DNA of 64,000 bases. Origin: Octopus vulgaris (taxonomy: Eukaryota). The position numbers and the translations under genes are program-made. Below are positions 49,401 to 61,529 of the stretch, piece by piece. The stretch spans positions 123,132,001 to 123,196,000 of the forward strand of contig OX597815.1 in assembly GCA_951406725.2 (NCBI GenBank), given 5' to 3'. Every line of letters starts with the position of its first letter. Position 1 is the first letter of the stretch. The notes under the pieces are model-generated. The model did no database searches, was not told the origin of the DNA, and was given only the letters and a program-made list of their open reading frames with translations.

Positions 49401-52126
49401 CCTCCTTCTTCTGCATCTCTTATCACATCACTTAAATAATCATCATCCTCATTAAATTCTTCATTAATATCATCCCTTTCTTCATCATCATCACCTTCCT
49501 CCTCCTCTTCATCATCATCCCTATCACAACCTTCATTTATATTCTCAAAATTATCAGCTGTAGAACCACCCCAAGTCGCCATAGTTACATCTGCACTTGT
49601 ATTAGCTCCAAGGAAGTCAGTAGAATAAGACACTGAATCACTTTGATTATCTTGATTACGAGAATAATTACGCTTAGGTTTATCCTTGTGCATTAAATCT
49701 TCCATTTCTTTCTTTCTTTGCCTAAGTTCTTCTCTTTGAATTCTTTCTTTCCTCATTTTATTGTAGAGTTCATCATTTGAAGAATATGTCATTTGGTTAA
49801 GATCTTGTATTTCTGGTTCTGGAGCAAAAGTCACTTCATTAGTCTTATCTCGATCAGATTTATCCATCTCATCATTCCAACTTGGTAAACTATCATGGAA
49901 GTTTAAAAGCTGCTGATGAAAAGAGAGAAGTCTTTCACGTTGATCCTTCAGACGATCTACTTCAAGTTGTTGTTCTTGCATTTTCAATTTAAGCTTAGCA
50001 GATTTATTTTGTAAAGGAATTAATTGATCATGACTTACTTGTGTGAAGTCAGCTCCATTGGGTAAGGCACTAGCCTCTGGCAAACCAGCTGACCTGGAAA
50101 GTTGTTTGCTAATAGCTTGATTATCACTCTGAGCAAGGACTTCTGCCAACTCTTCAGCAGTTTGTTCAGGGGGACCATCAGGAGAATCATTAAGTTTATT
50201 AATTAATTTTTGAAGATGTCTTAAACGATCCTTTGCCTCTTGGAGTTCATTGAGTTTGTCACGCACTCCTGGCTGGCTTATTAATGAACCAAGTTCAGTA
50301 TTAAAATCTTCCTCAAAATCTGAAAGGTTTTGAATATGGTTTGAGTCAGAATATTTGTCAGATGCTTCACAGGAAGAACTTTTAATTTGCTGGTGGTTTT
50401 GTGTTTTTTCCCCTTCTTCAGTAGAAGTTACATCTTTTGCTTCAGTAGCTTCATCATTAGCACAAACCTGATATTCTTTAAATAGTGATCTTAGGTGATT
50501 AAGTCGTTCCCTTACTCCAAGTAATTCTTCCCATTTTTCATTAGGTTCAGGTAAATTTAGATCATCTTCTGGAGAATCAGTTTTTTCTGTAACATTTTCA
50601 GAATTTTGCACACTATTCTCAGTGTTTTCTGGGTTGTTATTCATCTGTGACATGTCATCAGTGCTTTGAGATCGCAAAGATTTAACATAACGCAGCAGTT
50701 CATTAACACATCTCCGTTTCTCTTGAAGATGTTTTAATTTATTTTGCAAAGAAAGACGTCCTTGGCAAATTCTTTCTTGGAAATCAGCCGGATCAAAACC
50801 AAGATTCTCTAAATCGACAGTCATTAAATTGTCTTCTGACTGAGGGTTTGACAATGGAAGGTTATTTTGCATTTTCCTATGTTCTTCAATGACATCTTCT
50901 ATGGTATTTTCTGCTGGTTGGTTATCTCTTTGGTAAAAGGCAAACTCAGGTGCTGCCATATTATCCACTGTCGGGTCTTGTAGGAGTCTCTGTCTTTCTT
51001 TTGCTTCAGCCAATTTCTGAACAGCATCTTTTTCTATGGCCAATAAAGCAGATTGGCGTTCTTGCAATTTTTTTAATTGTTCTTTTTGTTCCATTATTTG
51101 TTTCAGTAAAATTTGCTGCTGTTCTATAGATGTTAAATCTTCACTTTTTTCAGGAAGACCAGATGTAAATGTGTGTAAAGCTGGGTCAGAAGTTTGTGAA
51201 TCAACTGAATCTGTATCATCAGGTGAGTCTCCTTTTGCAGTTTCATTAGGATTAGATTTACTATTTAACAGGGCTCTTTTACGAATAATCCATAATTTCT
51301 GTAAGATTTCCATGTAGCTGCTTTCTTGTTCTTCCAATGAATTTAGAACTTGTGCTAGCTTGCTGATTTTGCGATGATCCGTGGGATCATCTGATTCCTG
51401 TAATGTATCCATCATTAATTTTATTTGCTTTCTATAATCTTTAATTTGCATCATTCTAGCAACAATTTGATTACTGTCAGTAATAGCTTCTTGGGCCCTG
51501 TCCTGCGAAATGTTATTTTGAGCGCCTCTTTTCTCATCATTCTTTTCTTTTTCTTCAATTTCTTCGCTCGGATAACGTGCATCACCAGTACGATTTCTAT
51601 TTTTCTTGTTTGTTTTTTGATTTTTTCTTGATTCGCCGTCAGAATGGCGATGATGTTCACTAATCGTGCTAGAAGTATCTTGACGAGTATAATTCGGAGG
51701 CATATCACGTCGATTAAATGACACAGTCTTTTCATTATTTTTTTCATCATCACTACTCACTTCATAATCATCAAAACTGAAGTGCTGTTTTAAATTTTCT
51801 AATTCCATTCTTTCACTTAACTCAGCATTTGGAGGTAATTTCGTACGAGAATATGATGACGGAGTATGTTGGCGTCGTTCTGTAGGAGAAGGGAGATCTT
51901 GTAACAAGGACTGACCTCTTTCGCGTTCCCTCTCGCGGTTTCCTTTCTTACGTCGCTTATTTGATTCAAGGGTTGACTCTTTCCATTCACTAACCTCTAA
52001 ATTATTTGGACGCAGTTCATTCTGAATGCTATTCATACTAACGGCATCATCTGACGTACTTTGCCATCCAGAGCGGGCATGCGAATCTGACGAAGATCCC
52101 TTTGATGGTGATCCTCCTGTTGCCAT
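46457..52126 (-). CDS. PCM1: Pericentriolar material 1 protein, single-exon CDS, 1889 aa
   Basis: Starts MATGG, as in human. Multiple coiled coils. TMATWGGST motif. PCM1_C-like IYAEVAKLISQNEKHPKYMISLFQKLQ and ET..GSDEDDED. The true ATG is 52126; the ORF-track start 52150 is GTG at a splice acceptor. Confidence 0.92.
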   Translation of the reverse strand: MATGGSPSKGSSSDSHARSGWQSTSDDAVSMNSIQNELRPNNLEVSEWKESTLESNKRRKKGNRERERERGQSLLQDLPSPTERRQHTPSSYSRTKLPPNAELSERMELENLKQHFSFDDYEVSSDDEKNNEKTVSFNRRDMPPNYTRQDTSSTISEHHRHSDGESRKNQKTNKKNRNRTGDARYPSEEIEEKEKNDEKRGAQNNISQDRAQEAITDSNQIVARMMQIKDYRKQIKLMMDTLQESDDPTDHRKISKLAQVLNSLEEQESSYMEILQKLWIIRKRALLNSKSNPNETAKGDSPDDTDSVDSQTSDPALHTFTSGLPEKSEDLTSIEQQQILLKQIMEQKEQLKKLQERQSALLAIEKDAVQKLAEAKERQRLLQDPTVDNMAAPEFAFYQRDNQPAENTIEDVIEEHRKMQNNLPLSNPQSEDNLMTVDLENLGFDPADFQERICQGRLSLQNKLKHLQEKRRCVNELLRYVKSLRSQSTDDMSQMNNNPENTENSVQNSENVTEKTDSPEDDLNLPEPNEKWEELLGVRERLNHLRSLFKEYQVCANDEATEAKDVTSTEEGEKTQNHQQIKSSSCEASDKYSDSNHIQNLSDFEEDFNTELGSLISQPGVRDKLNELQEAKDRLRHLQKLINKLNDSPDGPPEQTAEELAEVLAQSDNQAISKQLSRSAGLPEASALPNGADFTQVSHDQLIPLQNKSAKLKLKMQEQQLEVDRLKDQRERLLSFHQQLLNFHDSLPSWNDEMDKSDRDKTNEVTFAPEPEIQDLNQMTYSSNDELYNKMRKERIQREELRQRKKEMEDLMHKDKPKRNYSRNQDNQSDSVSYSTDFLGANTSADVTMATWGGSTADNFENINEGCDRDDDEEEEEGDDDEERDDINEEFNEDDDYLSDVIRDAEEGGESSSKETYTIEKDARRHVKQSQPGLLGCMPLDSRGNFPPGKRNKYCCQRSDSKGNSPNQKQFGRTNSGFARKQENIRAAEYIIQEDEHDESLQSESSPLNIIERQMDKMANTYQELLIEQQQLRQQLHMMRYQNTNAFAFDANQPTNMYWQSNPFLTPPAEVQNSASQQQILLALSQCFQQLSVQQSEMNNLQRQLHTLVLQSSRTDSTSTNSYMQNSFPTGVNQWKKPRHFCWEPYPQNPYLCSNRFSSPLLKPDAIQKTKARSNNMLSSTVPTTKSRKRTNSSDKNFRRRHLNKQHCDKDNAEKCPKGCSQTCSYFWNFSNTNKDDVVDVPARSKKLSASSRQKHTANSSSKNMTSEDGKKKLKSSQNTLEFKQEAPNASAKFYPKSTSNNSSSKKTKNGGVWSNKTTADLVNQCDSGATKKENISDQLDSNSFDSLKSDIYAEVAKLISQNEKHPKYMISLFQKLQCFDSYSKRDHIMGIIDALIEQARYNQTLFSSKFDEFPRPNLTSNRISLISDNAKIENTLRTKTQDSSSDDSGSEIIQVVAPVSDMHLQFAEDSLKKALHQMTKQHQAGSRDKILNRELHHSSHTAVDQGSESSVSDMVVVKSDNQNVSEIIKEISKQLIPIINLHKNETFSEVIISDVQQKIVILYRQFFSEQDINFKHLNSNLYNNLIEFKNQRVADCYHAVLKKISDVLHNELSYFRLMEDLGENTLSKSFLDRLTLFSQNTNDTSIVDQLRNDSDTTLVASGTQLLADGDLTTRDSLLSCHKKLSDNIQVDVKEKNRYENAEEMPNGFLSCSSKDSQNPGVPMEIELAVSETKPFSKIGSDEDDEDDDESHNAEDPSVTAVSLATEKENHCFPERGDGDIPSKIKNSDSGISGKPNGLLPKSSNDTNHTTPSNEHDQLIPSADDQLQVEDIPNVLQSLSNDQLEEAINDQFTPGAAFFENIEKNELAGDSEALPCNKLNSQFDAASDP

Positions 52127-52149
52127 GACTTCAAAACAAGCAACAACCA

Positions 52150-52246
52150 CTAAAATTAGTGACTTAAAAAGTAAACGAATAAGAAGAATATCTTACTTTG
52201 TCTTTATACATATAAAGCAGTCATAGTGAAAGAAAGATTAGCTTAC
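52150..52246 (-). other. Putative 97-nt 5' UTR intron of PCM1
   Basis: Minus strand TTG|GTAAGC donor at 52246. Branch-like CACTAAT and TTTTAG| acceptor at 52150. Confidence 0.6.
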
Positions 52247-52294
52247 CAAATTTAGTCACTATGTTTCGAATTTTCAAAGAACAGTATACTATAC

Positions 52295-52560
52295 TATTGA
52301 CTTCCGTCAGAGAAAAACTTTTCGTTGGGGGCAAGTTGTTAACTCATATACAACATCTCGTAAAAGTTCAGTATTTTGGGTAATTATTTAATTTAGGTAT
52401 ATTTTAAATTTTGGAAATAATTTTAGTATTTTATTTGAGTAAGAAATAGACTGTATTTAATTTCAAACGAAAATTAGACAAAATTTATAACGGAAGTTGT
52501 CAAGAACAACCATTGAAAATGTATGATCCCTACCAGTAGATATACGCATGCGCATCAATG
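52295..52560. promoter_or_regulatory. Putative bidirectional promoter (ETS and NRF1-like sites)
   Basis: ACTTCCGT at 52300, ACGGAAGT at 52490, TACGCATGCGCA at 52543-52554. Confidence 0.5.
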
Positions 52561-53014
52561 AATTACATGGACGGACTGTGCTGTAATGTCTTTAGTGACG
52601 AGCAACTTTAAAGGTGGGTCATCAATTATATTACGCCCTATTTATTACCTTTTTAACTTTTTGCTGTTTCTAAAGGGATAACGCATTGTAATGATTATGA
52701 TGAACATTTATGTGGTAGTTTTCATTTATCTTAAACTTAATGGTTTGCTGTTCAAGTTTCGTATTACTATCATTATTGTTGTTATTAAAATATGTGGAAA
52801 AAAAGGGGGGGTGTTGTCTTCAAACACGAAACAAACTTGGACTCATTGTTTTCTTGTCGATAGTTTTAATTAATAATTTATAAACAATTTTAAATTACAA
52901 TTCTCGAGTGCTACACATCTCTCCTGCTCTTAATATACCAGTTTTGTTTTTGTTTGTTTGTTTCCCACTTGTTTTATTTACTTTAATTCGTTGACAGTTT
53001 TGATTAATCTTTAA

Positions 53015-53096
53015 ATGTTTGGACTAAATGATCTGCTACAATCAGAGAGTTTGGATGGTGCAACGATTAAAGTATTAGTTTCTGGTAGTAGAGGAA
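53015..53096 (+). CDS. Putative first coding exon of an unidentified gene divergent from PCM1
   Basis: Upstream donor AAG|GTGGGT at 52614 and acceptor ttgacag at 52997. ATG opens MFGLNDLLQSESLDGATIKVLVSGSRG, followed by A|GTAAGA. Confidence 0.4.
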
Positions 53097-56000
53097 GTAA
53101 GATTTACGCCACAAGTTAGCATCTGGGAGAACTGACCTATATGAAGAAGCCAACAGTGTTTGTAGACATTAAGAAAAAAAAAATGTTCTCTCACATCGAT
53201 CGTGATTGCAAAGCCAAGATTGACGTAGTAGAACTATATAAAAGATACAAGTTCATATTGTAATGCACGCTGTTCTTAAAAAAAACCCAACTAACTTATA
53301 TAAATAATTCCTTAAATTTTCTGACGGTTACTCTTAGTACTGTGTAGATGTTTTACTTTATTTTTTTTCCTTTTGTCATTTTCTTCTCTCTTTCCTCTAA
53401 GTTTTAGGTTGTTCAAAATCAATTTTCAAATGTCAACACCGATGTGTTTTCAATGATCATATTTTATCATATGTCAATTATACAGAGCGTAACTTATGTC
53501 CTTTAATTTATAGGACAATTGCCCTCTTCCATTTTCACTAATAGGCTATAATAACAATTCTGATAGTATTTATTACCTTAAGTTCCTGTTATTATTATAC
53601 TGTTTGTTTTGCGTCCACTTATAAATTCTGTTTATATTGTATTTTGAGATGTTTGCGTTTGAAATTTCACAAAATGTATATGTCTATATTTATAAAATAA
53701 ATCATACGACTTGATTGCAAAACTTTCCATTAGACCTTGTAAATTTGTAAAAGATTATATTTAATCATAACAAAAGAGGCTGTAATAGTTTATCGCGTTC
53801 GGAATTCAATATACACTTCGATAAATTCATCTGGGAGAATAATCTAAGTTATAAAAATAAAAACTTTTATGTAATGAATATATCGTAGCTAAATTTTCAA
53901 CTCCTTGTCAAACTCTTTATTAAAGTTGATATCTTAACAAAATATTGTTTATTTACTATCTTTAATAAATCTTATGTATGTACTTCGTAAATTTCTGAAA
54001 GAAACTCCACTAATTTTTTGACATCTAAATATCTTTCGAAAATACAAAATACTGCCCCATATTTCATATTTTAAATCTGTTTACATGCTATTGAGTCAAG
54101 GTAGATCCAGTCATTGGTGAAATATTTTTCTTTGGATTATTCTAAAAGAGGAAGTGTGACATCAGCTGACTTTGACAAACATAATTAGTGAGTAATATTC
54201 TTTAGCTCCAAGTTAGTTGCAATCTAGCCAACTTATGATCCAAAAAGATGTTCCCACTCTGTCCATCTCATCTGTTTTTTGTATATTCAGGACTACATTA
54301 TCTAATGTACTCTTCTGTTGATCTCTTTTACACGAGAATGTAACTTGTGAGTTGATTGCTATTTCTAGCAGAGCGTGGTTCCTTCGTTGGCTCGTTAGTT
54401 TATAATAATTCAACTTGATGAAAAGTTGTTCTGTGAAGTTATTCAGTTGATGATAGTTCGAATTGAAAAGTGTGTCCGTTGAAAGGCAGAATAAATTATG
54501 AAGAAAAGATATAATGTTACAATTAGAACTTAATATAATTGTAAACAGATGACAAGTTTGATATAAGGTTAGAGGTGTTGAGGAACACGCTCACTATAAA
54601 TTCGCAGTCTTGATAGCAACCTCAAGTTGTATTTGTGTATGTTTTTAGATTTGCGACATTCTTCCAGAATCACTTTATGAAGTTGGCAGTGTACCTTAAG
54701 CTTTTATTGAATATGTGTGTATGACTAAAATCCTGTAAATCATTTAACTTGGGCTCGTGTTAATATACATTTATGATAAATAAATTCAGCCATGACAAAA
54801 TGAAATACAGCGTATGCCCTGTCTTATGTACTTAATGTAAACAAACAGTAATTTAGAAAAAAAAAATATTTATATAATTTTGAGAATAAAATTAATTTTA
54901 ATATGTCTGTTGATAATATATATAGTAAGAAGAATATTTATGGATAGCTGTGATTTCAATTGTTTAAGTAAAATTTATTTATCCATTCCAAAGAATTTAA
55001 GAAATGGTAGACTTAACCCGTTACCCAGTTTAACACCACTATTTGATCTTGGTCATTTGGTTCCTTCTGTAGAGTTCACTTTGTTGCAAGCTTTCTGACC
55101 GAATCTTCAGTTTGAGGATTCCTTCCGTCTTTCGTCCCACCCACTATTCTTGGAGACTATATAAAGTGTCATGAAGACTACTCTTCCCTTCTCATTAAAA
55201 GATTTTTAAAAAATGAAATAAGAACCCTAATATGATTTTGTAACAGAAATCTACGATGAAACTACACTCCTACTCTTCATCATCATTTAACATCCGTTTT
55301 CTGTGCTGGTATGGGTTGGATGGTTTGAGAGGAACTGGCAAATTAGAAGACTGTACCAAGTTCTAATCATCAGTTTATGCCATATTTCATTTTATGTATA
55401 TATATGTGTGTGTGTATCTCATGACTTATTTTCAGTTAAATAGACAATCTCCAAATTGAAAAAATATGCAGAATGTTGTTGATGTAAAGCAATTTATAAA
55501 AATGTAAATAGGTAAATAGTATTTATACTTAAGAACTTAAAATTAATAAACTGTACTTATTCATCTTGTTTTATGTGATATATTTCATAAGAGAATTGAA
55601 ATACCTAAGACTAGTTACTGTGGGTACTTGAAGTGTAAAACTAGCGAATAAGATGCACAGTAATGAGCTGATTTGATGTACTTGTTGCTTTTGAAGAAAT
55701 GAAGTGGAGGATACATCAGCCAAGGAAGGAAGCACAGAATTTTGTCAGTGAACAGGTCGCGGTCTCTAAGTGACGAAAATATTTTGACAAATTAAATTTA
55801 AATGTTGAGGTGAATCTAACGGATTTTGTGTGTTTCTTAAATGGCTTATAAACGCCTTCCACGCTGCAATTGTTTTCATTTCAGCACACGATCTCAGCTC
55901 AGGTCACTTGCTATGCAAGTACATCTCCGAACTTAGAACCGTTAATTGTTTAATCTTAGTTCAGCAAATGCATTCAAACCATCAGCATCCTGTTCTTTTT

Positions 56001-56158
56001 CAAGAAAAGTAAAGTGAGGCAACATTGAAGACAGTAAGATTTGAGGAAGATGTGGCTTCTATTTCTAGAGATTAAGCTATCACATTGGCTTGTCAATATA
56101 ACATTATTTTCACTTGACAATGATGTTAGTGCTAGTGAAGTATGTGTGTGTGTATATT

Positions 56159-56372
56159 GTTTTCTACTCTAGGCACAAGGCCTGAAATTTTGGGGGAGGG
56201 GTCCAGTTGATTAGATTGACCCTAGTACGCATCTGGTACTTAATTTATCGACCCTGAAAGGATGAAAGGCAAAGTCAACCTCGGTGAAATTTGAACTGAG
56301 AATGTAAAGACAGACGAAATACCGCTAAGCATTTCGCAAGGGGTGCTAATGTGTCTGCCAACTCGCCACCTT
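56159..56372 (-). mobile_element. Full-length tRNA-derived SINE (Meta/MESC-like core) with 14-bp TSD
   Basis: TSD tgtgtgtgtatatt at 56145-56158 and 56373-56386. Core ctggtacttaatttatcgaccctgaaaggatgaaaggcaaagtcaac. Confidence 0.85.
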
Positions 56373-59127
56373 TGTGTGTGTATATTAGCAAAAAATTGTA
56401 GTTACTAAGTGGTATGTGCACTTGTATTGCTACAGAATGTGACAGGCAACACAATATCAGCATATGCAACCAAACATAGTGAACAGAAAATTCTATAATG
56501 TTAGTAAAAGCTACTTACAAGTTAGGTGACATGGAGATCCTAATTGCAATTGATGACTTCAGTATCCATGTTGAGAAACATCACTTGTACATTGAAGTTA
56601 AAATAATGTAAGGTAAGAAATACATCTAAGTTTTGGGTGAAGATGTGGCAGCACTGAATGGCATTTAGTTACGCCTCTCTCTTTTAAAAAATTAATCTAT
56701 GATGATCAAAGGAGATAAAGCATTCTTCATATAGAAATAAAAGCAACAATTTTTATAGAAGTAATTGCTGGTTAAGCCAAAAGTAATGTAAAAGAACTAG
56801 ATTATTTGTTTATCATATATGGAGTAAAAAAAAGACAAAAACATAAAGCACTTAATTTTAGCATTTGCAGTATTATGTCTAAAATATAACCACAACTAAC
56901 ATACATAGTTGTTTTCACACTATAATATGTCAAAAGTGGTATGTTTGAAATATGGGCTTCATATTTTTAGAAGCTATAAATTTTTCATTGTTCCTTCTAA
57001 CTAAGCACATTTTCAGATGCTGACCATCAAAAATGAAAAGAAGAATGGAATTCTTTGCAATTGTTTTCCCACAAACACAGAATGTTTCTGTTTGTAAATG
57101 TATTTTAAAACTATTTGTGGTTGATATTTGTTCAGAAGTAATAGCCACACTTTGCAACCACATTAATAATCAGGCACACACAGTAAATTATAAAAAAGAT
57201 TTTCAATTGTTATGTTTATTTTTTTCTTTTATGTCTAATGCTGATACTTTTTCTGTGACTTCAAAATTAATTTTTCTTTGTGTTATATATGTAAAAAAAT
57301 TGATTTGAACAGTTCTTTTAGAAAATGTTCTCTGTACTCTTACACATTGCACTATTTTCCAACAAGTATATTTTCTTTTAAAAAGAATTGATTTGAAAGT
57401 GTAATTCAAAGGTCATTGCAAGATTGTTTCTTGTCTATTCTAGAATTGAGACCAATTCTGTTAGTCTTCACAATAAGATTCCAGCTGTTCAGTCATCAGA
57501 ACATATTGAATCAGCATGTAAATGGTCAAGTATTCCACAGACATATCTTACTGTAATTTCCAGGTTGAAATAGCATGATACTGATAAGGCTGTCTTTTTT
57601 AATTAGTCCATTCACTAGGCTGCCACATAATTTCTGTCTGTTTTGTTTTATTCATAAATTCTGGTCAGTCTGAGCTCTTGGGCAAAAGTACTCCTATTTT
57701 TTAAGAATTACATCATTAAGGATCTTTATTATGTATATTCTTCTTTTCTTTTAGTTTATCAGTGTTTTATTTATTTCTAGTTCACCTGCCGTTCATCAAA
57801 GAAAACTTGGGATATAGGTCTCTTGTCTTCACTTTGAAATCTACACAAAGAAAAAAGACAAAAACAATAACAGCCTGTGAGGATCAGTCCTATTATGTCT
57901 GGCTGGTTATCTATCTATCTATCTAGCTATCTATCCAGCTAGCGAGAATTTAAATAGTTGACACTCATTATTTAAAAAGGCATTTTTTACTCTGTGAGGC
58001 CTAAATAGAGATGAATTAACAAATGTTATTTCATCAAGAAATCAGTCTAGCTGGAAATTGAAACAAAACTTATGCTTCTTTCATTGAGAACTTAGCCCTT
58101 ACATCATGGGTTGCTACTAAAACTCAAACAGTATTTTATTTATCACTTGCGAAATATCATAGCTAAGTCTATGGCTTTTCATAATCAGCATACAAAATTA
58201 ATAAAAATAACTTCTATGGGAGAGTAGTCTTATCAACTGGAAGTGGGGTTCTTTAGAGAAAAAAATTATCAGTTTAAATAATGTAAACTAAATTGAAACT
58301 GGTGTAACTGGGAACTGAAATTGGATCAGAGCCAGCTTGTTTAGAGATTAGCTTTAACTAAGTTGCTAGCAGAAATCTCTTTTTATAAATGAAATGGAGA
58401 TAAGTCAGAATATTGTTGGACTTCAAATCTGAGCCTGTGAAGCATGGCATTGAAAGAAGTTTAAGACTAATCAATTTCCTTAAGATCTAGGCTTCTAAAA
58501 TAGGTACAAAAGGTTTTTTTTTTGGGTTTTTTTGCAATGCTTTCTCATGATTACTGTTTTGATATTGATCAACTAATATTTGTATTCTATCTATGATAAA
58601 CTAGTATTAGATAACAATATTATTGAATAATATTGCTATTCCTAAGAGAAATAAAGGATAACATCTGTCACATAATACAGTTTTCATGTTTTTAGTATCC
58701 TGCAAAGATTATCATGACCCATAATAATGGTGACATTGCTTAAGAAGCCTTCCTTTTAAGCTCCTTGAATTCAATGTTTCTTTGAATAATGAATGTAAGC
58801 ATGTATATAGAGTTTAAGATGTTGGATTACTGTACACATGATCACAAGTTCAAACCTCATCTGCTTTAATTAGTACGTTTTTCTCTATTAGCAACAAATT
58901 CCAGTACAGTTTAAACATCAAGCTGTAAAAGTAATTTCTTTAACAATGGGGAAAAGTGAAATTAAAATGTTCAGTTCACGCTTTTATGGAAAATTATTTA
59001 CTGAAGTTTGAAAGGAAACATTGTGCTAACTTCACTTAGATCTCCTTCTCTTTGATAAAAGAGGGTTTTAGTGGTGTTCTTCATCTTTGAACTTGTCAAA
59101 TGGTGTTTGCTTTTAATTTTCATTAGA

Positions 59128-59390
59128 CATGCTGGTGCCATGTAAAAAGTACTAGTGATGGAGCTACATAAAAAGCACTGGTGCTGGACCCACATAAAGA
59201 GCACTGGCGATAGTACCATGTAAAAAGCACCCAGTGTACTTTAATGTGGTTGGCATTAGGAAGGGCATTCAACTGTAGAAATCAAACAAAACAGACTATG
59301 GAACCTGGTGTGGCCTCTGGCCTTGTCAGCTCCTTTCAGACCGTCCAATCCATGCCAGTATGAGAAATGAATATTAAATAATGATGATAG
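59128..59390 (+). mobile_element. RTE-derived SINE/3' end (another copy ~60880-61020)
   Basis: taaaaagcac repeats, ggttggcattaggaagggcat, (GAT)n tail. Confidence 0.7.
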
Positions 59391-60521
59391 TTACTTGAAT
59401 AGATCTTTGTATATTACTGGTATTTAATTTATTATCTTCGGAGAAATGAATTCAGAACATTAGAGTGACAAAAATAGATAGTGTAAAGCTTTTAATTAGA
59501 GGCTCTTATTTCTGCCAAACTCATTACTTCATTGTCTCTCAACTTACAAATAATAAGAGAAATGTAATTCTAATAACAAGGAGACAAGAATAGCTGTGTG
59601 GTGAATAATTTCACTTCATAGCTATGTGGTTCTGTGGTCAATCCCACTATGCAGCACCTTGGGCAAATGTCTTTTTTTGTGGCCCCAGACCGACCAATGC
59701 CTTGTCTGTGGAATTTGATAGAAAGAAACACTGTAGAAGTCCATTCTGTGTGTGCCTGATTGATATGATCCATTTTAAAATCCATGAAGGTAGTGCTTTA
59801 GCAAGGGAGTGCTACCTTCAGGGCCAGTAAAAGAATTTTAAAACAATAACAACTGTATAGATTGAATATCTGATCACCTTGATGAAAAGATATTGTAAAA
59901 TAATTCTCATTGGGGAAATATTGAGATTAGAGATATTGTATGAATATTCACATAATGTGTTTCATAAATAGAATAAAGTGTGTGAGGTTATTGATAAGTA
60001 TGTTGTTCCTTTGAAGTTTGTTTTCTGATCTGTTATCATCATCATTATCGAATATTTTTTATATATTTATTTTTCTTCAGTGTTATGAGCTAATGATCTG
60101 TGTAGTCACATGGGGTACAAAGTGCCTTGATAAGTAAATCTGTTCAGAGGTTACATTGTTGTATAATTGGTATAATGAGAGTTATTTTAGCATCTGTAAC
60201 ATGAAAGGAGGTCGATGCTTATTGACAGCTATTGATCTATACTTTATTTTCAGCAGATATTTTGCTATATTTGGAAAATATTAATGCTAATACTTTATGC
60301 CCATTACTTTTGGCACATCACTTTAAAAACCAGATGCACTTCAATCTGTATTGTCCAAAAATTTCAGTCAACTGATCTTGTCTGAGTTATCACTCTTGTT
60401 TGTTGTCTTTAGATTCTAAAGGCCTCTTGAAAGAGTTTTTGACCCTTAATTGTTTGGGTAATCTCAGATGTTTGCTGTATATTTTTTAATTCACTATAAA
60501 ACATGTGAAACTGCTGTATTT

Positions 60522-60557
60522 TTATTTAGTATGCAGAGCGCTCTGCATACTAAATAA
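60522..60557. repeat. Perfect 36-bp palindrome
   Basis: ttatttagtatgcagagc|gctctgcatactaaataa. Confidence 0.95.
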
Positions 60558-61529
60558 GGTAACTTTCCCTTAACCATATTGTTGATATTCATAATCCACA
60601 TCACTACATTTCTTCCTTTTCCCATATATATCCTTTGCCTTGTCATTTGAGTAGAATATATTTCCCTGAGGAGATTTAATAAAACTCACACATGCTTGTT
60701 ACTTTCGCCAGTTGGCTCTAAAGACAAGATCCACTCTTGTGTTGTCCCAAAAAAACTTATATTGGGATTATCTCAATTGCTTGTTGTACTGGTAGTTTTC
60801 TTGTACTATATTATGTGTGTGAGTTCAAGCCAAATTACTTTTAAGCAAGTCCTTAACCATGAAATAATTTGCATAATTTCTGGTGTTAAGAAGGGCATCC
60901 AACCATAGAAAACCATGTCAAATCAGACTGGAGTTTGGTGTACCCTTCCAGTGTGCCAGCCCAGTCAACCGGCCAACCCATGCCAGCATGGACAACGGAT
61001 GTTAAATGATGATGATGATCTATCTTGATACTTAAGATAAAAGTTAATATTAATACATACTTTGGTATCTATCTGTTAATTATACAGTGTCTTGTAAAAT
61101 TTGGTATTATGGAATATTTTAATACATTTGCATGATATTCTGGTTTTAGTATGGGTATGCCATATCCTTGTGTTTTGTAAGACACATCTAAAAAGCTCAG
61201 CAGTAGGAAGAACATCTTGTTGTAAAATGCTCTAGATACAGATGTTGGCTCTGATTCAATTTCAGTTCCCACTTTTACTAGTTTTGTTTTGTTTATATTG
61301 ATAGTCCTTTCTCTAAAGTTACCCTCAGAAATGGTATCATGTCAAATATGGGTTTGCTGGGCCAATCCGTACTTTAGCAAAGAAAATGGCCTTTAAACAT
61401 TTGGTGTTGTGTATTTTTGATATTATTTTCCTTTTGTAATAAGAGCTAACTTGACAACATCTTTAATGATTAATATCACTGAAAGAGAGCAAAACCAACA
61501 ATGAATTGCAGTAATCAAAGTAATAGTAA

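Noticed and set aside
52127-52150. N-terminal extension MVVACFEV of PCM1
   Set aside because: The GTG start overlaps a splice acceptor; MATGG matches the conserved N-terminus.
54649-54699. Possible exon ICDILPESLYEVGS
   Set aside because: No good donor; gives a stop in the phase required by the 53015-53096 exon.
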